Positions 1 through 6,064 of a stretch of 64,000 nucleotides of DNA are shown here, piece by piece. The DNA lies in the NCBI GenBank assembly GCA_015066975.1, contig SVNI01000003.1:17951-81950 (forward strand). The letters run 5' to 3'. Under the pieces are notes generated by a model. That model searched no databases. It was not told the origin of the DNA and saw nothing but the letters and a program-made list of their open reading frames with translations. Origin of the DNA: Ruminococcus sp. (lineage in GTDB: Bacteria > Bacillota > Clostridia > Oscillospirales > Ruminococcaceae). How positions within the stretch are numbered: position 1 is the first letter of the stretch; each line of letters starts with the position of its first letter. The position numbers and the translations under genes were made by a program.

Positions 1-886
1 GATCTCTGCCGATAAAAGTATATTTAGAACTTAATTTCTGTTTCAGGTGTTCCGCACGGTGCGCACATAGTGAAATCTGTTCTTTTCCAGAATCCGCAAG
101 CCATCCGGTACACATTTCCAGAGATTGCATAATCAGATAAGACGGGCTTGTCGAGCCGAACATCTGCATATGCTGTTTCATCTGCATGACCTGCGAAGCA
201 TCCTTCATGTGCAGAAATGCCCCTCCGGTGAGTGCCGGAAGCGTTTTATGTGCGGAATCACAGCAATAATCTGCGCCAAGTGCTATCGGATGCAGATTCT
301 GTTCCAGAAATGCCAGATGTGCACCGTGTGCATTATCAACAAGCAGTCTGGCCTGATACTTCCGGCAGAGTTCCGCAAGTTTTGCAATCGGCTGAAGATT
401 TCCGGCATAGTCCGGCGAAGTGACATAAATACATGCTTCCCCCGAAATTTCCTGCAAAGCTTTCTCGAAATCCTGAATCTGATATCTTCCGGAAATAAGA
501 CTGCCCTCTGCCGGAAATACCCATTTCACTGGCAAATCCAGCAGAATACAGCTGTTCAGAAAAGCTCTGTGAACTGTCCGTGCCGAAATTACTGTTCGCC
601 GTTCTGCTTTCATCTGTGCCAGCATGGCCTGAATGCACAGCGTCGACCCTCCTGCACTCCAGCATGTTTCCGGAATGCGGTAGATTTCTGCCGTCTGCCG
701 TTCCGCCTGACGAAGAATCCCGTCTGCTTCAAAAAGACTGTCTGCGCCTTTAATTTCAGTAATGTCCCATGCATAGTACGGATTCAGCCCCGGAAGCAAA
801 CTCCGTCCCTTATGTCCCGGCATGTGCGCCCGAAATGTTTGTTTTTTGGTATAATTATCCAAAAATTCCGTTAAAATTTCTACCAT
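1..886 (-). CDS. Orn/Lys/Arg decarboxylase-family PLP-dependent enzyme (3' end runs off the window)
   Basis: Absent from the ORF track because there is no stop in the window. My reverse translation from ATG 886-884 gives MVEILTEFLDNYTKKQTFRAHMPGHKGRSLLPGLNPYYAWDITEIKGADSLFEADG. Further on comes YCCDSAHKTLPALTGG, the PLP-lysine motif of this family. GAGGAG lies about 11 nt upstream. Confidence 0.8.
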   Translation of the reverse strand, partial: MVEILTEFLDNYTKKQTFRAHMPGHKGRSLLPGLNPYYAWDITEIKGADSLFEADGILRQAERQTAEIYRIPETCWSAGGSTLCIQAMLAQMKAERRTVISARTVHRAFLNSCILLDLPVKWVFPAEGSLISGRYQIQDFEKALQEISGEACIYVTSPDYAGNLQPIAKLAELCRKYQARLLVDNAHGAHLAFLEQNLHPIALGADYCCDSAHKTLPALTGGAFLHMKDASQVMQMKQHMQMFGSTSPSYLIMQSLEMCTGWLADSGKEQISLCAHRAEHLKQKLSSKYTFIGRD

Positions 887-903
887 AAATTGAAAAACTC
901 CTC

Positions 904-932
904 TTGACAAACAGAAAAAAATCCTGTAGAAT
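904..932 (+). promoter_or_regulatory. sigma-A type promoter for the 991-1531 gene pair
   Basis: TTGACA (904-909), 17-nt spacer, TAGAAT (927-932). Confidence 0.55.
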
Positions 933-945
933 AATATCATAAAAG

Positions 946-959
946 CGAACATTTGTTCT
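946..959. promoter_or_regulatory. possible LexA (Cheo) box
   Basis: CGAACATTTGTTCT fits the Firmicute SOS-box core CGAAC-N4-GTTC. It lies about +8 to +21 relative to the 904-932 promoter. A match of this length is expected by chance about once in a window this size. Confidence 0.35.
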
Positions 960-990
960 TTTCTTAATTCACTCACAAAGGAGGCTTTTT

Positions 991-1245
991 ATGCTCGACC
1001 TGATTTACGACTACGAACAAACCAGATACCAGCTACAGAAAAGAATTTCCCGGCTGGAACGTCTGCTGAAAAACGAAAATCTGCTCACTATGGAACGCGA
1101 AAGCCTGACCGCCCGGCGTGACCTGCTTGTGACAGAACGCTATGAACTGCTCAACAGCATTAACGAGATGAAAAAACATCTCCAAAAGGAGGAACTGCCC
1201 CGTGAAATTTGCCCAGCGCATACCCGAACACATGGCCGAAGCTGA
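991..1245 (+). CDS. small coiled-coil protein, unknown function (84 aa)
   Basis: AAAGGAGG lies 6 nt before the ATG. The sequence is heptad-like (YQLQKRISRLERLLKNENLL...). The last ~15 codons overlap the next ORF in another frame. Confidence 0.5.
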   Translation: MLDLIYDYEQTRYQLQKRISRLERLLKNENLLTMERESLTARRDLLVTERYELLNSINEMKKHLQKEELPREICPAHTRTHGRS

Positions 1246-1531
1246 CCCCTCTCTGATACAGGATTTACTCAATATTCCCTATACAAACCGGGTACAGATA
1301 GAACTTTCAAAAACGGCCTTGAAACAAATTATCCAGAATGATTTGACACCACGCCAGAGAGAAATTATTCTGCTCAAGTATTACCAGAATATGAGCAATA
1401 AAGAGATAGCAAAAATTCTGCATCTGGACGCTTCCAGCGTATCGCGGACACTTACCCGCGGAAAAGCAAAAATCTATAAGCTTTTGCATGTCTATCTGGA
1501 ATATCTGTGCCATGCAAAGCTGGAATCATAA
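1202..1531 (+). CDS. sigma-70 region-4-like HTH DNA-binding protein (109 aa)
   Basis: LTPRQREIILLKYYQNMSNKEIAKILHLDASSVSRTLTRGKAKI resembles sigma region 4 / YlxM-like HTH. GTG start with AAGGAGG about 10 nt upstream. ATG 1232 is an alternative start. Confidence 0.6.
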   Translation: MKFAQRIPEHMAEADPSLIQDLLNIPYTNRVQIELSKTALKQIIQNDLTPRQREIILLKYYQNMSNKEIAKILHLDASSVSRTLTRGKAKIYKLLHVYLEYLCHAKLES

Positions 1532-1559
1532 AAAAAGCAGAAGCCTTTCCGACTTCTGC
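1530..1559 (-). terminator. hairpin terminator after tRNA-Gln (also ends the + strand pair)
   Basis: Stem GCAGAAG (1537-1543) / CTTCTGC (1553-1559). The A-run at 1530-1536 gives a U-tract on the minus strand. Confidence 0.5.
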
Positions 1560-1561
1560 AC

Positions 1562-1637
1562 TGGTTGGGACGGCGGGATTTGAACCCACGGGATGACGGA
1601 GTCAAAGTCCGTTGCCTTACCGCTTGGCTACGCCCCA
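1562..1637 (-). tRNA. tRNA-Gln (anticodon UUG), CCA encoded
   Basis: Reverse complement is TGGGGCGTAGCCAAGCGGTAAGGCAACGGACTTTGACTCCGTCATCCCGTGGGTTCAAATCCCGCCGTCCCAACCA. It folds as a cloverleaf with a 7-bp acceptor stem and anticodon loop CTTTGAC. Confidence 0.9.
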
Positions 1638-1651
1638 GTATCACAAGAACT

Positions 1652-1680
1652 ATTATAGCATATTTTTTTGATTTTGTCAA
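1652..1680 (-). promoter_or_regulatory. promoter of tRNA-Gln
   Basis: On the minus strand: TTGACA (1680-1675), 17 nt, TGc-TATAAT (1657-1652). It ends about 15 nt before the tRNA 5' end. Confidence 0.65.
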
Positions 1681-1829
1681 GTCCCTGCACATTCCTGAAT
1701 TATCCGCATAGATTAATAACAGGACTGTAAAAAAAAATATCTGCATCTGTATAAAATCCCCCTCAGATGCGATACTATCTATAAGAAGTCACACAGAAAA
1801 CCAGAACTTAAAAGGAGTTGTTTTTGCGT

Positions 1830-2177
1830 ATGATGTCCGTGAAACGAGGAGAAATTTATTATGCAGATTTAAGTCCGGTTGTCGGTTCAGAACAAGGCGG
1901 TATCCGTCCGGTACTTATCGTACAGAATGATGTCGGAAACCGTCACAGCCCTACAGTTATCGCGGCGGCCATTACCAGCCGTCTGGACAAAGCAAAACTG
2001 CCGACACACATTTCTCTGGAAGCCGCTTCCTGCGGATTGCAGAAAGACAGCATTGTTCTGCTGGAACAGATTCGCACGCTTGATAAGAAGCGACTGAAAG
2101 ACCGCATGGGTTCGCTGGATTCCAGCGCAATGAACCGTGTAGACAATGCGCTGTCGATTAGCTTCGGACTGCATTAA
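1830..2177 (+). CDS. mazF: MazF/EndoA (PemK family) mRNA interferase toxin
   Basis: [61 protein letters not shown]...[13 protein letters not shown] is close, from memory, to B. subtilis EndoA/NdoA. AAAGGAG lies ~12 nt before ATG 1830. The track ORF begins at TTG 1818. Confidence 0.9.
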   Translation: MMSVKRGEIYYADLSPVVGSEQGGIRPVLIVQNDVGNRHSPTVIAAAITSRLDKAKLPTHISLEAASCGLQKDSIVLLEQIRTLDKKRLKDRMGSLDSSAMNRVDNALSISFGLH

Positions 2178-2186
2178 TCCTGCAAA

Positions 2187-2220
2187 ATGCCCCTGAATGA
2201 AAAGTTCAGGGGCATTTCTT
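2187..2220. terminator. bidirectional rho-independent terminator
   Basis: ATGCCCCTGAA (2187-2197) / TTCAGGGGCAT (2205-2215) with a 7-nt loop. It is flanked by an A-run on the left and a T-rich stretch on the right, between convergent mazF and the dockerin gene. Confidence 0.75.
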
Positions 2221-2224
2221 ATGA

Positions 2225-3574
2225 TTATTCTGTAAAGCTGTCAATCAGTCCGACAATATATTTCATGAGCATGAGAGCTTCTTCAGAATCGGGCTTGCCG
2301 TTACCGTTGAAGTCGATAGCATTCAACTGTGTTTCTGTGAGAGTTTCCTTGCCGAGAACAGCCTTATTGAAGGTAATCACATCCAGAATGTCAACTTCTC
2401 CGCTGTCGTCTGCATCACCAAATACTTTGAAACTGTAATTATATTTTTCGGCATATGTTTGTGCTGTGGAGTTTTTATATCCGAAAATTGTTTTATTTTC
2501 ATTAGAACCATAGATTCCTCCGGATAAAGTTTCCGTGTTGTTATTTTCTTCATCCTCATCATAAATACTGCACTCTTTATTCCAGATATAAATTTTTTCC
2601 AATCCGGAGTCAGCAAATGCATTTTTTCCGATTTCTTTAACATTTTTAGGGATATTTATTGTTGTCAACGAACTGCATGTTGGAAAATCACTTTTTCCGA
2701 AAGCTTCTTCACCAATACTTGTGAGTGTATCAGAAAATTTAACAGATGTCAGTGCTTTGCATCCGGCAAACGTTTCTTTTTCAAGCCGGGTAATTTTAGC
2801 ATTGACAGTTACACTTTCTAAAGTCGTGCAGTTGTAAAAAGCCCCCTCGCCTATTTCAGTAACGCTTTCCGGAATTGTCAGTTCTGTGAATTCACTGGGA
2901 GAGTCAGTGCTTGAGCCTGCTTGATGAAAAAGAAATGCATCAATCTGCTTTAAATTTTCAGGAAGAGAAGCATGTTGTGTAAATTCGTTTATCATATTTT
3001 CCCATACATCGATACTGTTGCCGTTTTCATCTTTTTCAATACAATACTTGCCGTCAAATGCTTTTAATGTTTTCAGCCCTTCAATAAAAACAGGGTCAGA
3101 TTTCCGAAAAACAGTTTTTGCATTGATTCCGTTATCACTTTCAGTATGATATCTTCCAATTCTTGTAACAGTATCCGGAAGTACAAGAATCTTAACATCA
3201 GAAACAAAGATTTCTCTCACTGGCACTGAGATAGTTTCTTCTTCAATTTGAATGTCAATATAATCAGGAAACAGAGGCATATAACCGCCTTCGCCCTGAA
3301 TTACTGCATAGTACTTTCCCTGTGCATTCTGATAGATGGTGCGCTGATAACCGCTTGACAGGATATTTTCTTCATAGAGTGCATTGTGATTATTTGTTTT
3401 GCTGATATTAATATTGTTTAAGAGCATAATCTCTGTTTTTTCGACGACAGTATCACCCTCGAATGCATTTACCGAAACAGAAGGTATTTGCAGAACACTA
3501 TCCGGCAGAACCGGAACAACCGCACACATCATGCAGAGTGCGGAAACAACAGCCAGCATTTTTTTGAGTTTCAT
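2225..3574 (-). CDS. secreted BspA-type leucine-rich-repeat protein with C-terminal dockerin
   Basis: Signal peptide MKLKKMLAVVSALCMMCAVVP. LRR_5-like repeats (IPESVTEIGEGAFYNCTTLESVTV, IPKNVKEIGKNAFADSGLEKIYI). The C-terminus carries a duplicated Ca-binding dockerin motif, GDADDSGEVDILDV...DFNGNGKPDSEEALMLMKYI. Confidence 0.8.
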   Translation of the reverse strand: MKLKKMLAVVSALCMMCAVVPVLPDSVLQIPSVSVNAFEGDTVVEKTEIMLLNNINISKTNNHNALYEENILSSGYQRTIYQNAQGKYYAVIQGEGGYMPLFPDYIDIQIEEETISVPVREIFVSDVKILVLPDTVTRIGRYHTESDNGINAKTVFRKSDPVFIEGLKTLKAFDGKYCIEKDENGNSIDVWENMINEFTQHASLPENLKQIDAFLFHQAGSSTDSPSEFTELTIPESVTEIGEGAFYNCTTLESVTVNAKITRLEKETFAGCKALTSVKFSDTLTSIGEEAFGKSDFPTCSSLTTINIPKNVKEIGKNAFADSGLEKIYIWNKECSIYDEDEENNNTETLSGGIYGSNENKTIFGYKNSTAQTYAEKYNYSFKVFGDADDSGEVDILDVITFNKAVLGKETLTETQLNAIDFNGNGKPDSEEALMLMKYIVGLIDSFTE

Positions 3575-3600
3575 AAACTATATTCTCCCTTAAAATTAGA

Positions 3601-3632
3601 TTTTCAACATTCCAACTGTTGAATGTTGAAAA
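3601..3632. repeat. palindromic hairpin element (copy 1 of 2)
   Basis: TTTTCAACATTC (3601-3612) / GAATGTTGAAAA (3621-3632). It lies at the 5' end of the predicted dockerin-gene mRNA. A near-identical element sits at 57091-57124 in the opposite orientation. Confidence 0.7.
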
Positions 3633-3634
3633 CT

Positions 3635-3664
3635 ATTATACTCAAAGAAAAAAAAAAAATACAA
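3635..3664 (-). promoter_or_regulatory. putative promoter of the LRR-dockerin gene
   Basis: On the minus strand: TTGTAT (3664-3659), 18 nt (T-rich), TATAAT (3640-3635). Confidence 0.45.
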
Positions 3665-3690
3665 TACTTTTCGGAAAATTTGTTTTCAAA

Positions 3691-3749
3691 ATCTCTGAAA
3701 TGCATAAAAATTTCTGTTGGATTATAAAAAATATAACGATTCTGTTCAT
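3691..3749 (-). promoter_or_regulatory. conserved upstream motif, copy 1
   Basis: ATCTCTGAAATGCATAAAAATTTCTG (3691-3716) is identical to 4757-4782. GGATT...CTGTTCAT follows in both copies, and this copy has an extra 18 nt. The motif starts 26 nt upstream of the -35 hexamer. Confidence 0.6.
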
Positions 3750-3763
3750 GCTTTTTTTAGCTG

Positions 3764-3798
3764 AAAAGCCCCTGAAATTTTCATTCAGGGGCTTTTTT
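3764..3798. terminator. bidirectional terminator downstream of the pilin gene
   Basis: GCCCCTGAA (3768-3776) / TTCAGGGGC (3784-3792), with AAAA on the left and TTTTTT on the right. The stem sequence is the same as in the 2187-2215 hairpin. Confidence 0.7.
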
Positions 3799-3848
3799 GT
3801 AATGCTTTCTGTATGGTTTTCAAAATTAATTTTCAATAGCAAATCAAA

Positions 3849-4595
3849 TTAATACCAACCGCCCAGATTTCCATTAGCTCCTATTTGGCCGTTTGCTAAG
3901 GAAATTTTATATAATTCTTCAGCGGAGGAGTTCCCGGCATCTGTATAAATGGTACTCCATGTATTTGTGCCGACAAAATGTGCGTCTTTATTAGTATTAG
4001 CAATATATTCACCATTGACGTATGTGACTAATATACCTTTTCGATAAATTTGCATCATACGAACGGTAAAGTCTCTGTTATATACCACAACCAGTCCGAA
4101 ATTGGTATTTTCATCTTTCAGGAAATCAGCGCAAGTACCTTTGCTTCCATAAAGCAACGGATTTTTACCGCTTTTGCCTGCTTTCCATTCTTCGGAAACT
4201 GCTTCATCTAATCCGTTGGCAATGACTGTGTCGATTATCTGAGATGCGCCGTTGCTCTTTATCTTCTTTTTATAATTATACCAGCTTTTATTTGTGAAAG
4301 CACCTACTATTTCTGTTTCTCTTTCAGAGAATTTCTTATTCGTTCTCTGGTCAAGATAGAGTACTTTGTTAAAAGCTCCTGATAAATCACCGCCGCTTTG
4401 ATTAATCACAAAGCGCGACATCAGGGAGGATTCTATTGCTGTTTTGATTGTCTTTGCATCTGCAATTGCAACCGCAACCCTTGACTTTTTGACGTAGCCC
4501 GTCAGTGATGGTACAAGCATACCTCCTAAAATGCCGATAATGGTGAGGACAACAATCATCTCTACCAGCGTAAAGCCCTTTACCTTTTTTTTCAT
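3849..4595 (-). CDS. type IV pilin-like protein (prepilin N-terminal cleavage/methylation domain)
   Basis: MKKKVKG|FTLVEMIVVLTIIGILGGMLVPSL is a class III signal, with G-1, F+1 and E+5. No pilus assembly genes lie nearby. Confidence 0.8.
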   Translation of the reverse strand: MKKKVKGFTLVEMIVVLTIIGILGGMLVPSLTGYVKKSRVAVAIADAKTIKTAIESSLMSRFVINQSGGDLSGAFNKVLYLDQRTNKKFSERETEIVGAFTNKSWYNYKKKIKSNGASQIIDTVIANGLDEAVSEEWKAGKSGKNPLLYGSKGTCADFLKDENTNFGLVVVYNRDFTVRMMQIYRKGILVTYVNGEYIANTNKDAHFVGTNTWSTIYTDAGNSSAEELYKISLANGQIGANGNLGGWY

Positions 4596-4701
4596 AGTGT
4601 ATCATTCCTTTCTTGATGTTAAGTTGTTATGGTATGCAAAACATTTTCTCTGTGCTGATTAAAAATGCACAAAAATAATTACCGAACTTATTATTTATAG
4701 T

Positions 4702-4730
4702 ATTATATCACAAGTTTAATAAAATGTCAA
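4702..4730 (-). promoter_or_regulatory. promoter of the pilin gene
   Basis: On the minus strand: TTGACA (4730-4725), 17 nt, TATAAT (4707-4702). Confidence 0.6.
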
Positions 4731-4756
4731 TGCGTTTTTTTTAATTCTATTATTTT

Positions 4757-4797
4757 ATCTCTGAAATGCATAAAAATTTCTGCCGGATTCTGTTCAT
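4757..4797 (-). promoter_or_regulatory. conserved upstream motif, copy 2
   Basis: The 26-nt core at 4757-4782 is identical to 3691-3716. It starts 26 nt upstream of the pilin -35 hexamer. Confidence 0.6.
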
Positions 4798-4807
4798 ATT
4801 TTTTCTA

Positions 4808-4836
4808 TAGACAAATCAGAATTTTCATGCTATAAT
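4808..4836 (+). promoter_or_regulatory. promoter of the aldose-epimerase gene
   Basis: TAGACA (4808-4813), 17 nt, TGc-TATAAT (4831-4836). Confidence 0.5.
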
Positions 4837-4871
4837 AAAAATATAATTCAAAAAACTAAAGGAGGATTTCT

Positions 4872-5879
4872 ATGAATCAAACTAAAATTATCGAATTTGG
4901 CGGTATGAACTGTGTTCAGCTTCAGGCCGGAGGCTATACGGCTCTTATTGCACCGCAGGTCGGTTCGAATGTCATCCGACTGCATGATGATAAAAATCAT
5001 GTTGAATTTTTCCGTTTCAGTCCGGAAAATACTCTTGAAAGCCTGTTGCAGTCCGCTGAAGTCTGGGGTCTGCCGACTCTCTACCTGCCGAACCGTTTCG
5101 CTGACGGCATTCTGAAAACTTCTGATGCCACATATCAGCTCCCTGTCAACGAAAAAGCACCTTATAACAACCACATTCACGGTTTTCTGCATAAAAGAAC
5201 CCACACCGTGACAGAGCATAAATCGGATGATAACTGCGCATGGTGCAAAACAGAATACCTCTTTGACGAAAAAGATGAATTCTTCCAGTATCTTCCGGTG
5301 AAATTCAAAGCAGAATTTCTGTTTACACTTTCCGCCTGCGGTCTGGAATATGAATTCAAACTGACAAATCTTTCTGACAAACAGATGCCGATTTCCGTGG
5401 CGACACATACAACAATCAATTCTCCGTTCGTGGACGGCGCAAAACAGGAAGATGAACGTCTGCTCGCACCTATCGGAAAACGCTGGGTTCTGAATGAAAG
5501 ATGCCTTCCGACTGGTGAATTCATTGACCTGACCTCTCAGGATAACGAATACAAAAACGGCACTCGCCGTCCGGTGCTCCAGAATATCGACAACGAAATG
5601 TATTTCGCTGAACATACCGAATATAACGGCGAAAATCTTTATGGCATCATTGCAGAAGATATCAAATCCAAGAAAAAAATCTGCTATGAAGTCGGAGAAG
5701 AATATAAATTCTGGATTTTCTGGAATGACAAGGGCTACAACGGCTATTTCTGCCCTGAGCCGATGTCCGCTATGATTGATGCCCCTAATCTCGATATGCC
5801 TGACGCTGTTACCGGATATAAAGAACTCGCCCCGAATGAAAGCACTGTTTTCCATCAGCATTTCTTCACGATTCTGTAA
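4872..5879 (+). CDS. aldose 1-epimerase (mutarotase) family protein
   Basis: 335 aa with AAAGGAGG before the ATG. Mutarotase-like features (NNHIHGFLH..., ...YFCPEPMS). Located directly upstream of cellobiose phosphorylase. Confidence 0.7.
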   Translation: MNQTKIIEFGGMNCVQLQAGGYTALIAPQVGSNVIRLHDDKNHVEFFRFSPENTLESLLQSAEVWGLPTLYLPNRFADGILKTSDATYQLPVNEKAPYNNHIHGFLHKRTHTVTEHKSDDNCAWCKTEYLFDEKDEFFQYLPVKFKAEFLFTLSACGLEYEFKLTNLSDKQMPISVATHTTINSPFVDGAKQEDERLLAPIGKRWVLNERCLPTGEFIDLTSQDNEYKNGTRRPVLQNIDNEMYFAEHTEYNGENLYGIIAEDIKSKKKICYEVGEEYKFWIFWNDKGYNGYFCPEPMSAMIDAPNLDMPDAVTGYKELAPNESTVFHQHFFTIL

Positions 5880-5966
5880 AATTCGTTTCATATCTTTAAG
5901 ACAATATGCACAAATAATCAGACAGATTTTCAGCAGTGACTTTCCGGAAAAATTATCAGAAAAGAC

Positions 5967-5995
5967 TTGCTAATATTTCCGGAATATGTTATAAT
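5967..5995 (+). promoter_or_regulatory. promoter of the GH94 cellobiose phosphorylase gene
   Basis: TTGCTA (5967-5972), 17 nt, TGt-TATAAT (5990-5995). Confidence 0.55.
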
Positions 5996-5996
5996 A

Positions 5997-6020
5997 TTCA
6001 TGATGTTCTATTATCATGAA
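5997..6020. promoter_or_regulatory. operator-like inverted repeat at the cbp transcription start
   Basis: TTCATGAT (5997-6004), 8 nt, ATCATGAA (6013-6020). A third ATCATGAA occurs at 6041-6048. Confidence 0.35.
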
Positions 6021-6064
6021 CAATAAAATTTGAAATATTTATCATGAAAAGGAGTTTTTTTGCT

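Noticed and set aside
125-874. 249-aa plus-strand ORF (Cys/Arg-rich) listed in the track
   Set aside because: It lies antisense to a much better gene, the PLP decarboxylase-family CDS on the minus strand (1-886), which has clear family motifs. The plus-strand translation has odd composition and no RBS. The small ORFs at 232-423 and 336-665 are rejected for the same reason.
991-1531. The idea that 991-1245 and 1202-1531 are one frameshifted gene (pseudogene or programmed frameshift)
   Set aside because: The second ORF has its own AAGGAGG correctly spaced before GTG 1202. I see no slippery heptamer. The N-terminal coiled coil does not resemble sigma region 2, so a fused protein is not obviously more sensible. 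It remains possible, but I do not call it a pseudogene.
4848-5891. 347-aa minus-strand ORF opposite the aldose epimerase gene
   Set aside because: It is a shadow ORF. It is low-complexity, Phe/Ile/Cys-rich, has no RBS, and fully overlaps a recognisable gene on the other strand. The same reasoning applies to 6014-6799 (opposite cbp), 13351-14373 (opposite nifJ), 21812-23053 (opposite the YfhO gene), 37960-38655 and 38686-39309 (opposite guaB), and 40143-40748 (opposite the ATPase gene).
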